DNA of 64,000 nucleotides, taken from positions 37,946,001-38,010,000 of the forward strand of contig NC_087436.1 in the NCBI RefSeq assembly GCF_036321535.1, in the 5' to 3' direction. Under the pieces are notes generated by a model, which saw nothing but the letters and a program-made list of their open reading frames with translations, did no database searches and was not told the origin of the DNA. The position numbers and the translations under genes were made by a program. Below are positions 27,166 to 41,289 of this stretch, piece after piece. Origin of the DNA: Camelus dromedarius. Lineage: Eukaryota. Position 1 is the first letter of the stretch; the number at the start of each line of letters is the position of its first letter.

Positions 27166-30100
27166 TAACTTCTTTCATTTCTTGGAAATGATTATTAATT
27201 GATAGTGGAGCCTTTCAGTGAGGTGTATGGACACTTGAATGCATTGCAATGTGATGAGATTTTTATAGAGGTAACGGTCTTTTCATTGTTTTCCCACTAC
27301 GTTGAAGGAGTCAAGTTCTCTTTGTTTTTATAGTATTCAAACTGTCCATCAGTATTTGGGGAAACCAATCCTCTTTTTTGTGACATCAAAACGCACTAAG
27401 TTTTATGAGGAGGAAATATGACTTCAGTTTATGTTTCTGCCAGTTTGCCAATTGGTATCTTTCATCATTTCCTATCTGATACAGTAACATTAAAGGCAGT
27501 TTCCTTTATATTAGTTTTCTTAGAACAGGTTTTATTTTATTGACTCATGACTAATGGTCATTCTATAAGACAATGATCACCTTGCTCTTGTCTTTTAGTT
27601 CTGGGAGGTATCTTAGTATTTATATCTCTGTTTCTTTTGTTGTTGTTGTTAAGAGTGTTTAAAAACTACATTTTAAAAATCTCTCCAATTCTTTCACGTT
27701 TTAATTGACTTTTTCCTTTACTATTTTACATAACCAACCAGTTGTATCTTTGCTTCACAATCTTTGTTCTCTGTCTGCTGCCTCTCCCTTCTCCATTTCC
27801 TCCATTCCCACTGTCACCATTTTGTACTGCTAGGGTGAAGCATGACAGAACTTTTCCATTAACTTTGAAAATGTTATTTTTCACAAACCTTGTATCCACC
27901 TTCTAGAGTCCACTCATTCTTCATAATTAGGCGATTAGAATAAGGGCATGCACGGCAGGTGTGCACATTGGGTAGATTATTAAAACATAATAGTCTTCAT
28001 TTTTAGGCTAGAAAATAATTTCAGGAGATTTCTAGTTCAAGCCTTTAATTGAACTAATGCCCAGCAAAATACAATGATTTGCTAAGGTTACATAATTTAT
28101 ATGTGGTTCATCTAGAACTAAACTAAGGCTTTAGCCTAGCATGGTGCAAACATGCTGTAAAGTGACCCGTTGCTGCCAACATTGCTGTGTGTCTTGTTTT
28201 TGTTTTTCCTACATGTATTTAATACAGGTACTCATACTCCCTTGATATATGGTCTAATCCTCTATCCCCAGTGTCGTCATCATCATCTTTTTATCACCTT
28301 TAGCAGCAGCGTTAGATCGTCTCTGGAACATAGATGAGGATTTGCTGTCAAAGACAGCTGGTTTGGGGTGAGCCAGGATGCATGGACTGTGTGTTGCCAG
28401 CATCGTTAGTGAAGGTGAATGTTTAGGTCTGCCGGGCGGGCAGTTCTGTAATTTATCATCCTGTTTCCTATGCTAGAATGACAGAGATGGCACTCTGTGG
28501 GTCAGCTGAAATAGTAGAGCACATTCTCCTGTTGGTTTATAGCTTCTTAGGGTCAGCAAAAGCTGGGGTTAATTCCGCAAGGGAATCCACGGACTGTGAC
28601 AGGAATTCCATCAGTTGTTCATAAATTATAAGAGAAATTCTAGGAACAGCTTTTGGGGCTTTAAAGCTCTGGGCCAGAAGGTTAATTACTTGCCTACAGT
28701 CCCAACCAACTTTCCGTGCTAATAGATACCGGCTGTGTTGGCCCTTCTGTTCTGGGCTTGCTTGCACACTGTTATTTGAGTGTAGTCATAAATCACTGTC
28801 TTGGGAAATATTTAATTTTTTGGTAACTACCTGTGATCATCTTAGAAATAAAGAATTGGTATATTATGATTTGATGAAACTTGGATTTTAGCCTCTGTTT
28901 TTTTTTCTTCTCTACTAGTTTTTCTAAAAGAATTTTTTCATTCTTTGTAGAATATTTGTCCATAGTTATAAAAACAGCAGCTGTGAATAAGATAATAATG
29001 ACAATTACTCATAAACAAAAATAAATAGTCAAAGTTATTACCAACACACATGAAAATGTAAACATGTCTTTTCATATTTCATAATTAGATTACCTCTGTA
29101 TATTGAGAGGGAATTTATTTTGCTATGTTTGTTTTCTAAGTGGTTATTTACTAACATTAAGTCAAATCAAATATTCTTTTACCTACAAGTAATCTAAGAG
29201 TTAACAGAATAGTTGAGTGTAGAATCTGCACAGAAATAAAAGATTTTACCCCCAACACACTTCAGAGATTGAGATTGAGAGCTTATTAATCATAGGTTAG
29301 GTCTTGAACTGTATAATTCTTATTTTCTCAGTGTGATTTTCACACTTCAGATAATTTCTGATCAACCACATCAGTGGAATATGCCATTTTTCCTCTTTAT
29401 TCCTGCATCCAGTCCCCCCCAGTTGATTTTGGCTAGTAATGAGCATATGTAGCAACTTAGAGAAACACTCATTTTGACTTTCATTGGCAATATGATTGTC
29501 TGTTTTTTACTTTTTTTCAAAAATATCAAAAGCCTTAGTTTTTTAATGCAAAAAGTAAAATGTTTATGTCAAGATTAGTCACAAGCTGGGGTATGAGGCA
29601 GAGGAAAGAGTGAGGGAGTGACATCTGTCTTGGAATCTAGTGTGATGAATGATATCAAGTGAATTAATAATATAGTCACAGAGACTCTGATAAGATGGAT
29701 CATTTAAAGTGTACCATCCTTTATGTAACTATTTCTATTACTTCTTTAGTTTTTGATCTGTGGGGATCCTCAGAAACAGAAGTGGCCTATGCAACAGTTT
29801 TCACTGTTGAAACTATTTCTATTTCTATAAATTATCAGCTGATGGTATCAGTTGCTACCTCTATTAAATCTAGAACACAGCATTTTCCTTTAGTTTAGAA
29901 AACTAAAGGAGATCTGACTTCCTCTGATACGTGCTCTCTCCGACCGTCGCTACCATTCCCCATCCCCTGGCAAGAACAGCTTCTCTCTGAGCTACTTTCC
30001 TGGAACTCTGAATCGTGCCTCAGGGCTGGGGAAGGTTTCAATAGCCTCTCTAGGTTTTGAATCAAGAGAATAATTTTCTGGGTTTCTTGCTGCTCAAAGT

Positions 30101-33034
30101 TATATACTCTTGATTCTTCCTTGCCAGCACCGTGGTCAGGAAAACCCCTCTGTGCTCCGGCACCTAAGGTTTAACTGCTTCATCATTCCCCGCCGACTGT
30201 TCACAGACTATGCTCGTAAATACTGGGCTAAATAAAACTTCTGGTAGAAATTCCTAAACATGGAAAACTGCTGGTGGAAAAGATTAATGATATTCCCACC
30301 AAAGTCTGACTCCCTAACAACAAAACCGAATCATTAATGACCTGACTTCAACTTACCGACCTTACTGCAAAGTGTCTCTTCCCATTGCAGTGTGGAGAAC
30401 TCAGGTAGGAGATTTTCTTTCTTGGTCAGAACCTTTAAAACTTTCTCGGTGTCTAGATTGTTCCAGTGTTTCTCCTGCTTGTGAAACAATCCACTTTGCT
30501 CTGTCAGTGCTCACATCAAGGACCTCAGGAAGGTGCCTTCCTCTCTTCAGACAAATCACATTTAATGGGGAGGGGGGGTCATTTATACACCTGGTTGGCC
30601 AGAGCCAGGGCATCCTGGATAGGAAACCTCTACCTTTCTCTTCCTAGCTTGTTATAGTTTAAAAATATTCAGTACCTCTTGTCCTCTTTTATTCTGCATC
30701 TCACATCCTATTTTATTTGCATCAGTAAAACTCAGTTTTTGTTTTGCCCTCAACCCATAAAATAGGTCAGGTTTTTTACTATTTCAGACTAGAAAGTTCG
30801 TGAGCACATGGCTCTCCTGTTTTTAATTCTTCCCAGTGGACCACACCTCACTTGATTTGGCATTTTTTCAGAAATGAGGAAGGGATCCCATAACTGAAGA
30901 TTCTTAAGGAAAAGGATGGCTCTTTTACTTTTTTGGAGCTCCACAGAAACTTGAATTTAAAAGCAGACTCAATTTGTTTTGATTCAGTTGGCCATTGTAT
31001 TTTGAGAAGCAAAGGTTCCCTCATTCAGTCACCTTTCAGTTCTTACATTTTATTGCCCACTTTCTTGTAATAGTAAACTCTTTAAATTTCTAAAACTTCT
31101 GTAGATATTCAAGGAGTAAATGTCAAGTTCAGATTTTTGTTGTCTTTCTTTCGAAGATGGCAAGTGAAATTATGCAGGATTTGATTAATAGGAGCATTCT
31201 AAGAGCAACCGTGTGGGGTTTGGTGAGGTCAGTGGGGTTTCATGACTCTTTTGCTGCAGGAAAAAAAAAAAGTGTTTTAATTCATAGAAAATTGCCAAGA
31301 ATGAACTTGAGCTACTCCCATTTGTCAGTGTACCATTTCACTTCTCTCTGTGGTGCACTTCTAATTTATTAGAGCCTCCCTAAGTTGAGGGAATTAGAAC
31401 GACAGAATTGGAAAAGTGATAGGAAAGTGCTTGCACATTATATTTTTTGGTTTAATTTTCATTTAGAATGAGTCACTTTGAGGTTTTGTAACAATTTCTT
31501 TAGTCCACAACAGCAAAATAAGCCAGTCCTGTGATATTTGTGAAAAACAAATAAAAAGCTCTTCTAAAGAATTCCCATATGATATATACATTTTAAAGTT
31601 CAACCATGTGAAACCATCTTAAGAGTATTTTTTCATGAAACATACAGTTCTGAGGTGTGCTTTTTCACTTGAAAGTTGCCATCTCCAAAGCTAATTTTTG
31701 TTAAAAAACTCAAAGTAAAAATAAAAACTATGGCTCCAGATCTTTAAACGGTATTTAATTTAATTATCTAAACATTATTTAATTTGGATTCATCAAAAAT
31801 AAAAGTTTGACTTTACTACATCTTAAATTACATTTTCTCTGTATATACATCTTTTCATCTTTTCAGAGAATTATTGGAGTTCCCAGAAATCCATGTAGGT
31901 TTTTAAAAATATACTGACAAAATGGAAATTAAAATTATTAAAGTCCTTTCTAGAAATAGCCTATGTTTATTTTAATCAGAATCTCTTAAAATGTGGATTA
32001 TATGTAGTTAAATTTTTCTGCTTGTTTAAAAATCTCTCAAAGTATAGGGCTCATTGGCTATACACTTTTTTTTTTTAAATTGTGGTAAAATATACAAAAC
32101 ATAAACTTCATCATTTTAACCACTTTGTTGTACATTTTTTAATCTTCAAGGTTGATCGTGGTTAACATTCGTAAGTCTTTTTCATTCAATGCGTTTAGTA
32201 GTATGAAATGAAACTTGATCTTTGAGCCCTCTGCTAGAGTAGTCAAGTTCATATCTAAAATTAAATCTATGGTCTAATTTAAGACTATCAAGATATCTGA
32301 TGTAAGTATGTCAAGCTTTGCAAGATTTTTCTTTATTAATTTCATGTTATGTAAACATAGATCTTTAGAAAGGATCTGTTCAAGATGACTTTATTGTCCT
32401 TCTTTTAATCATGAAGGTTCACGCTAACCCAAAATCCCTTCACAAATTTCATAAAGGATTTTATAATAGTGGTATATTTTAATAGTAGTATGTTAATCCT
32501 TTATTGAGGCCTAGAGTTCTTCTGATGTCTCTAATTATATTACAGAAAATAATGGTAAAGTCAATAAATTGTAATCCTAATGGCATATGTTAAAGTAGAA
32601 TCAGATTTTTCCTACTGTTTCCAGCCATACTTGCCAATGAGTGGTTTGGTCATAATGCATTTTCTTAGTGAAAGACTCAAGGTAACTTGTTTGGGGACCA
32701 GGGTTGACTCTGGGTAAGGTCTTCCATGTGGCATCCAGATGTCCCCCTTCATTACCACCAGCTACCGTTGGAAGGCCATCTGCAATTTTCTGGAGCTCTT
32801 TTCTTAATATTTCAAATACTTTTAAGGTACTTCCATCTCAAGGTGTGCCAGCAGTGAGGATGTGGAGTCACTTATTTCAAGTCCAGTAAGCTAAAATGCT
32901 CCTAATACAGATATTAAGAGTTATAAAAAGTGTGCCTGAATAATGTTAAATTGGCATCAAGGAACTACATTCATTCAGTTCTTTTGCCTTTCCTAAGGAT
33001 TTTAACTGAGTCTTTTTCCTGTCCACTTCTACAG

Positions 33035-33150
33035 AGGTTTTGAAGAGGCAGTGATTTTGTGCATCTGTTAGCAGCTGCATTCCCAAAGCCCAGGACAGTA
33101 ATTAGCAGATGATATGTGCTCAAAAAATAGATATTTCATGAATGAATAAA
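33035..33150 (+). mobile_element. L2 3' tail
   Basis: tgaagaggcagtgattttgt ... gtgctcaaaaaatagatatttcatgaatgaataaa. Confidence 0.6.
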
Positions 33151-33769
33151 TTTGCTTCATGAAGTATCTACTTTGTGGCACCTTTTAAAGTCAGCTTAAA
33201 ATCACCCTTTTACAGTTGCCATCATGCTTCCGTTTGGTCCTTGATATGTTTGAAGAAAACAGAAGTGGATTTTAATGTTATTCAGTGTCAGAACATAATT
33301 TAAAGAAGCAGATGCAAAGAACACATCTATTTTCCTTAGTTAAGTGGAAAATATTTTGCTGTTAAGTACACTTCAATATTATTTATACTCCTATGCTCAT
33401 TAAATCTAACTATTGGTAGCTAAATCTCACAGTGTAGTATGGGATATTTGTCAGTACTGTTTTGCCCTTCTAAATGTTGAAGATGATTACCTCTATGTAG
33501 TTCTCAAGACACACTTTAATATTATGTCAGTGTTCACAGCCACTTGGGATCTGCTTTGAGATATAACACACATTCCTAACCTGCCCCCGACTTTTTCCTG
33601 ATGAGCTTTGATAACTAAAAGAGTGCCTCAATCAACCAGTCAGAAAGATCTGGTTAATGTCAGCTGTAATTGCAAGAAGCAGAGTTTTTGTCAGTAACTT
33701 TGGAAAGTCTAACCTAATTTATACAAAATACTAGCCATATTATTAATTTATGTAATGGCATAAAGGTTA

Positions 33770-33960
33770 AAGATGAAGGGTTAAAATTCTGATTCTGCCA
33801 TTTAATAGCTGTGCCATCTTGAGCAAATTACTTATCTTTTCCGGGCCATACTTTCCTTATTTGTAAACTAGAGGTATGAATTCCTAGATTATAACTTTGT
33901 TACGAGAAGTAAAATTACTAATACACCTTAAGTGTTCTGAACAGTAGAACAGAGCCTGCT
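33770..33960 (+). mobile_element. MIR SINE
   Basis: gggttaaaattctgattctgccatttaatagctgtgccatcttgagcaaattacttatc core. Confidence 0.7.
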
Positions 33961-34866
33961 GTTCATGGGCCTGTATGTTTCAGCTGTTGCTATTGTTACT
34001 TCCATTTAGGTGGGTTTTTAGCTCTATTTTTCAGCTAATTTTCAGATTAACTAATTTTCATGTTAGAATTTGAACATTGCTATTAGCCTATGCAAAATAT
34101 AGTATCTAAATCTATCAGAGATACTTAAAAATAATAGTTATTTGGATTTGCATCCTATTTTATATCAAGACCTATGTAATGGCCGTGTTCAAGTAAGAAA
34201 GATCTGTATTCTTTGAGTTGACTCAAATTAAATGATAATTCCTGTTCATACCAGGAAAATTTTATGTGTAGACAGAAATATTTCTTGGAAACATACTCAT
34301 CACAATAATTTGCAATAATGAGGGAAAATATCACATCCATAATGTAGAAAAAACTCTAAGCATAACAGCTTGTCTTTAATATGCAAATTAGGCAAATGAA
34401 AATGACTTTAATATTTATCAGCATGTTGACTTGTACAGGTAACCTTCAGCTTCAGATTGTGTGGGACAGCAGATAGTGTTGTCCTCATAGTCTAAGAAAG
34501 GTAGGATTGCCCTAATCATGCTGCAGCCAGAAGGGTCGAGAGGTAGTTTAATGTAGTCGTGGTTGATTTACAAACCGCACACTAGTTTTCAAATAAATTT
34601 TGTTTATCAGAGCTGTTTACCCAGTGACATCCTTTAAAATGGGTATTCTATTCTGAATAGTAAATGAATGAGTGGAGTTGAACTTACCTAAGTTTCCCAA
34701 GCCTATCAACTCAGTATCGCTGGATCTTAGCGTTGGGATGGCAATGGGGTGGAAACACCTATCACCTCGAGGTACCAGTTTCTCTTCTGAGCAGTCTGCA
34801 GAGGCCTCCCAGACAGCGGGCAGACATCAGTGATGATAACAATGGCCACCATTATGAGCAGGGTGA

Positions 34867-35276
34867 TTGAGTTAGCTTGCTAGGACTGCTGAAACAAAGA
34901 ACCACAGGCTGAGTAGTGTAAACAAGAGAAAATTATTGTCTGGCTGTTCGGGAGGCTAGACATCTGAGATCAAGGTGTTGGCAGGACAACACTCCCTTTG
35001 AAGGCACCAGGGAAGGCTTTTTCCAGGCTCTTCTTCTGGCTTCTGGCAGTTGCTTGCCTGTGGCAGTGTAACTCCACTCTTCACATGGCATTGTCCCGGC
35101 TCTGTCTCTACACAGCCATCTTCTTATAAGGACACCAGTCATGTAAGATTAGGGACCCACGCTACTCTACTAACATTTACAACAGCCTGACTTCCAAATC
35201 AGGTCATATTCCGAGGTGCTGGGGTTAGGACTTCAACGTATGATTTTGGGGTGAAGGCACAGTGCTGTCCATAATA
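34867..35276 (-). mobile_element. MaLR solo LTR (MLT1B/C-like)
   Basis: Typical MLT1 motifs (ggaggctagacatctgagatcaaggtgttggcagg, tcttataaggacaccagtcat, ggggttaggacttcaac). Perfect 5-bp TSD GGTGA at 34862-34866 and 35277-35281. Confidence 0.88.
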
Positions 35277-35405
35277 GGTGACCAGTTATTTGCATTGTCC
35301 CAATCGGGTCACTTGTGTAAGTGAAAGGGAGTGCTGTTAATCATTGTTCCATGGTAACTGACCTAGAGACGGCCTTAAACAAGCCTGATATATATGGCCA
35401 GGGTA
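35277..35405. mobile_element. MER94-like hAT-Blackjack MITE whose first bases are displaced to 34860-34866 by the LTR
   Basis: Removing the LTR restores agggtgacca...gtgaaagggagtgctgttaat, matching recalled MER94. Confidence 0.65.
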
Positions 35406-36299
35406 CCTCAGAGATAGGTACAATTTATCCCGTTTTTCAGAGGTTCAGTGAGGTTGCATAACTTCCCAGAATTTGCAACTAGAAGAGGATGAGCAGTATT
35501 CAAACTCAGGACAATCAGATTCCAAAAGAGGAGAAAAAGCTCAGGTCTGTGGTGGAAATTTCTATATTATGACACCAGGGAAATTAGGGAATGAATTTAT
35601 TATGCTGCATTCTGTAAAATTTCTTAGTATTCATAACTATATCTCTTTCTTTGCTTAATCAGTTTTGGCTATCACGAAAGAGAATAGCAACCTGGTATAT
35701 TATGTTAGGCTTGATTAACATATAACTTATCTGATGACTATAAGTCTTTGATTGTCTTTTTTTGCTGGCTCTTCTATTGCTGTCTGGAGAGCAATACCAC
35801 ACATGAAGCTGTGTGATACAATGAGAATAGCTATGAATATTAAATTATTTTAGGATGGCTAAAAAGTTCTGAAACAACTTTTTGTAAGTATCAACCACTT
35901 TACTCTTTATCATACTTTAGCTGTAAGCTAGACTGATTTGATTTTAATAGATAAATAAGAAGGAACTATTTTAACATTCTTCTTTATCAACAGTGTAAAA
36001 CAAACTTATTTTGAAAGTCTAAAAAAATTACTTTGCTTTTCGTACTCTATGAAGAAGAAAATAAAAGATGATCTGGGCTTCTGTGATGCAGGAGTCACCG
36101 CCACTAGCATTTACATTTTGCTGTTTTCTCCCAGGCGTTTTGCTTTGTGTGTGCATGGCTAAAGGTTAAATGGTTACGAACGTATGGTACTTCCTGGTAC
36201 GACGCCTGCTGCTGCTGCTGCTCTTACTACTAGCACTGCTGCTGTGAATGTTATTTTCATTCTTGTCATCACCCTCAGGGAATAAAATTCTAGAAATAT

Positions 36300-36570
36300 C
36301 AGAGAAGTGACATTAATATGACTTAGATTAGATATAGGGAGACGTGAGTGAAAAAGGGGTACCTTGAATGGCCCTCTAAGTTTCTTATTTGGTAACGGGA
36401 TGAATGTGGTGTAGCCAATCAGGACAGGACATACAGGACACACAGGATCAGAGGATAAAGCTCATGAATGCCGAATTTGAGTTGTTCATGAGATACCCAA
36501 ATGAAGGTACCTGGTAGACAGGTGGGTATCCCCAGACTGCTCAACAGAGAGATCTGGAATGAAGATAACT
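36300..36570 (-). mobile_element. L2 fragment
   Basis: Purine-rich L2-like motifs gaatttgagttg...gagatacccaaatgaagg...ggtagacaggtgg...gagagatctggaatgaagata. Confidence 0.5.
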
Positions 36571-37705
36571 TCATTCTATCAATTTAGAGTTAAAATAAGA
36601 TTATATTTTCTTAGTTGTCCAAATAAATTGGACTCTTAAGTCTTTATTTTTTTGTGTGTGAATGAAAAGTCACACCTTCCCAGGTTCACGGTATAATAAG
36701 GTCAAGAATTCCAGGTCGATGTACTTAATACAGAGGCTGATTTTTGTCTCAGGGAAGAAGTTGGCCAGTCTGACTAGTTCATTAAAGAGTTCAGTTCCTG
36801 TTTGTGCTGCCATTGTTATTTTTAGGTTTTTGTTTCTGTTTTTTTCCATTTTGGATGGTTGTCACCATTTTACAGTGCCCAAAGGGAGAGTTCCTCAGGG
36901 AGAGGCTGGGACAGTGCCTCTGTGCTGGGGGCTGGGCTCCAGCTGCTTCCACGTGATGTTACTGGTGAAAACATAATGTTCATAGAACAGAGCAAGGCCC
37001 CTTGTGCCTCGAGGCCACCGGACCCAGGAATGTAGCTGTCCATTTTGTGAAGCAAGTGGGGAGAGGTCAGAGAGGCCGTGATGGAAAGTGGCCGTTGGAT
37101 GGAGCTACAAGGAGCTCATTGTGGACCTGATGGGGAGTTCACTGGAATAATGAGCATGATACTTGATTGAAGGAGAGTGAGAACCAAATGGGACGTGAGA
37201 GAGGAGGGGATGAGCACACAACTTGTCAGAAGGCCTGTCTCCAGGGGCAGGGAAGACAGAAGTTTTACACCTACTGAAGGCTCATATATTTTGTGTTGAT
37301 CTTTGATTGTAGTTGGAGTCTAGCATCCTGTCATGTAAGTACATTGTTCCGTGAAAGAGTCAATAAGTGAGTGGTTATGAGTTACTGTCCATTCTGAATA
37401 ATTAGGCTTTGACCCGTGGGCAGCTACACATTCCTCCTAGAGATTAAATTTTTGTCATATTTTTGTCATTCTACCATAGAATTTTTAAAAAAAAATGTGA
37501 CGTGTATGCGTATGCTTGCTTATTTAAAAAAATGGTTTGTCTGTTTTCTAAATAATCACCTCTAGATATAACCTCTCCTTGGTTATAACAGAAAGTATGG
37601 ATCAATTATTATTTAGTTTAACTACCAGTGGTTCTGTTTAACATATACTAATTTTATGAATTTCTTTTAAAACTCATCACCTTAACCGAGAAAGACTGTG
37701 AAATC

Positions 37706-37850
37706 TTTTTTATTTTTTTAAAAATTTGTATTGAAGTGTAGCTGATTTACAATGTTAGTTTCAAGTGTACAGAAAAGTGCTTCAGTTATACATACACATG
37801 CATATTTTTTTGTTTTCAGGTTCTTTTCCATTATATGTTATTACATATTA
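37706..37850 (-). mobile_element. Short 3' end of a cetartiodactyl/laurasiatherian L1
   Basis: T tract then tattgaagtgtagctgatttacaatgttagtttcaagtgtacag...ttcagttatacata...ttcttttccattata. Confidence 0.75.
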
Positions 37851-38114
37851 ATTTAACTCTTTTTTTAAAAAGCAAAGTATCAATGAAACAAAGATCCCTA
37901 TAGTGTGCCGAACAGTGACAGAGCAAATGGACTGTTATAAAATCTTATTAGCAAATTCTTAAGATTAGGAGATTTCATTTGGGCTCGAATATGAAAAAGA
38001 AAATGGAGCAAGTCTGCTGCTGACGGATGTTGTATGTTTCTGATCTGAAAGTGCTCCAGGCTCAGACCCCCTCCTCAGCGGGGAGAGTGGACCTCCCCTG
38101 CCCTAAGCTGCCCT

Positions 38115-38160
38115 TGGGGGTCAGCCCTCCTGGGGGTCAGCCCTCCTGGGGGTCAGCCCT
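38115..38160. repeat. 16-bp tandem repeat TGGGGGTCAGCCCTCC, about 2.9 copies
   Basis: Units at 38115-38130, 38131-38146 and a partial unit at 38147-38160, identical where they overlap. Confidence 0.95.
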
Positions 38161-38271
38161 GCGGCGCCTGGAGCCTCTTCCTATGCGCGGAGCGTTTGTG
38201 GTCGGAACCCAGGCTCTGAGTGCAGGAGGAGGGGTGGCACAGGGCTTGCTTTGCTGCTGCAATTTCTCTGA

Positions 38272-38388
<117 letters not shown>

Positions 38389-40009
38389 TGATACTCTACC
38401 TCTTTAGTGTTAATTATAAAAACTGTACCTATTTAAAAAATACTTACCTGAGAAAATAAAGGTGGTGTGTCCAAAATTATATGTTCATATTTATGATGGA
38501 GGTTTGGGGATAACTTTTTTTTTTAAAGACAGCGATGAAAGAAACAAAAATCCAAACTCCCCAAGCATCCCGATTCTTTGAAATGTGAACCACTTTTTAG
38601 GAGTAATAGGAGTGATCAACGACAAACTGCCAAGTAAAGCGAATGAAACATTTTAATGATAAAAAAGAGAAGGATGCCGTCTGGCAGAGCATTTGCCAGT
38701 ATTGCAAATGCCAGCATTTCTTGAGCAGAGGTGTGCCTGTCAGCGTGTGACCACTAATTAATGCATGCTAGCAAGTATATTTGCAAAAAAAGATGTTGAA
38801 AATAATGTAAGTTATCGGGAGAGGGGGAAAACAAGGAAGGGCGGCTCAATGCTCCACAGGGCATGCGCGGTGCTGTCTTTCGTTCTCTTTCTGAGGATGC
38901 CCTGTGTGCCTCTGCTGTCGGCACCTCTCACTGGACTATTGTCACTGTGTTATATGTGGCTTTTTCAGGCTCAAGCATCTGCCCTGCATGCTATAAAAAA
39001 TGTGAGCAGCTCCCCCTCCATCCAGCGACATTTCTTAGCTCACTATTCAGTTTAAGACACAATTAGATACTTTATGTGAACTTTCCACTTGGAAATTGGG
39101 TGTTGTTTTAAAATATTTCTTCTTGATTTTGTTCTATCCATCTTTTCACTGCTCTGCCTTTCACACAATTCCTTCTCAGTTCGGCCTTTTGAAAGTGCTT
39201 GTGGTCTGTGTATAAATGCCATATTTTTTCAAATTTTAAGAGACATGTCTAACCCCCTTAAGAGCAATTCTAATTTAGGCTTCTCCTGGATTTCACTTTT
39301 TACCTTAGCTGTAAAACAAAACTTTAGAGAAAACACAAAATCATAATATCCTTTCCAGTATAATAATATTCTAGCTTTCCACTTCAGTTCTGTAAGCAAT
39401 AAAAGGGACCCTCTGAGGTCCTGTTAAAATGCTCGTCTTGTCTTTGTGGAGGAGGAGAGGGGCAACTTCTGTGCTCATTAGAGCAGATCCACACTGGGTT
39501 TCTCATTCTAATTCAAAATATAATATTCACATTATATTGATATTAGGAGCTGGAGTAATTGCTAAATATAAAATGTCTTCAGAGACAGTAAAGGATTAGA
39601 CAAATATTACTACTCATAATATGACGTAAATGTGCATACTCAAAATACTCATTTCACAATGAGCATTATTAAAGAGGTTTAAGTTAGTTTCGGTGTAGTG
39701 TAGGTTATCTTGTGTGTGTGCAGTTGTCACAGTGGTGCCAATAATGTATTTTAAAGATGTCAACCTATAGGCCCTGGTTCCTCTTATCAAAATTAACAAC
39801 GTTAACCAAAACCTGGGCACTATGGGTGCACATTCTATTGTCTCACATGATTGTACTACAGAAGAGGATCTTTAAATTGCCACAGGGAAAAAAATACCTT
39901 TTGAGTTTTCTCAAGAATGGGTAATATGTCGAATTCAACTAATTTGCTTTTTTACTTTGTTTTAATATAAACTTTATTAATGAGAGTAATAGTAATAATT
40001 AACATAAAT

Positions 40010-40245
40010 ACAAAGACCACTAATCACATGCCAGGTACGATGTTCTAGACATTCACACGTATTCATTCACGTAAGCCTCACAGCAGTTCGCCGGTGCAAT
40101 TAACAATGCATGTAAGCCCCTACGAGGTAGGTATTATTGTCATCTCTTTTTGAAAAATGAGAAATCGAGGCACAAGCAAGTGAGTAGCAGAGCTGAGATT
40201 GGAACGCAGGTAGGCTGGCTTCAGAGACCACCCCCTTACCTCCTG
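40010..40245 (-). mobile_element. MIR SINE
   Basis: ccctacgaggtaggtattattgtcatctcttt...aaaatgagaaatcgaggcaca...gcagagctgagattggaacgcagg. Confidence 0.75.
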
Positions 40246-41289
40246 CACACACATTACATGCCTTTTATTCAGTTAAATATTTTCTCATTCCACTGACTCT
40301 GATACACTTTCCTGTTTATTTTCAAACTAAACAAACTGCAGTAAGGAACCCAAATTTAATAGTCTTGTATTCACTTGAATATTTGGGCCTTGAAACTGCC
40401 TCAGGGTGTCCAGGTGCAGCTCTCAGGTACTAACTTCACAAAAAGAGAACAAATCCCAGCCTTTGACCAAGGGGAACACGGTGAGGGCCTCAACTGGAAG
40501 CCCCAGGATTTTAGACAGAATTCAGTACAATTAGTAGAGAGTGCCAGAAAAGGAATAGTTACAAGCCTTTAGGTTTTGCTTCCAATGCTTTAATTTTTCT
40601 TTCCCGTGCCTCATTGATAGTTTATCACAGACTTGCTTCATTTTAAAATCCTGTTTCCTAAGCATTGGGTAGATACAGATATTCTTTGCATCTCACTGCA
40701 ACTTTTCAAAAGCTAATTAGGATCATTAGCTAATGCAATCAAGTTAATATCAAGAACCAAAAGAGACTTTTTAAAACATGTTCCAGGGGAACGATCTGTG
40801 CAAGCTCACATTTTCCCACTATTATTTGGGTTTTATACAACTCCGTTCAAAAGATACCATTTTGTTTGGACCATAACCCTTTTCAGTTTCAATCTTGTAT
40901 TCACATTACATTTAGTATTTAGATAGCTCTAACTCCAGACATTTTTTGGGTCCTATTTCCAAAACGTTTAATTCCATTACAACAACTGTATCATTCAGAA
41001 GGCTCCATCGTTAAGAAGTTTTGGTGAGACAACACAAAATACCATGCCACGTCAGTGCCCCGCGATCTGCATCCTGTGGACCTGCACAGATGCCTTAGGG
41101 AAGGAACACAAAGTCTTTTACTCAGAGTATTGTTCATGGGATCCAGTAAGGGCCCCAAATGTGGGAGATAATTTTGCTAAAATCCAAATTTTGCTAAAAG
41201 GCTAAACAGCCATTGGTCTTTTGTGGAGAGGCCAGGACAGGTAATTTATTCATTTCCTACAATATATCCTGTTTACTTTTGGTTTTCAC

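Noticed and set aside
38115..38160. Direct repeats considered as a CRISPR-like array
   Set aside because: The units are contiguous with no spacers, in a eukaryotic intron.
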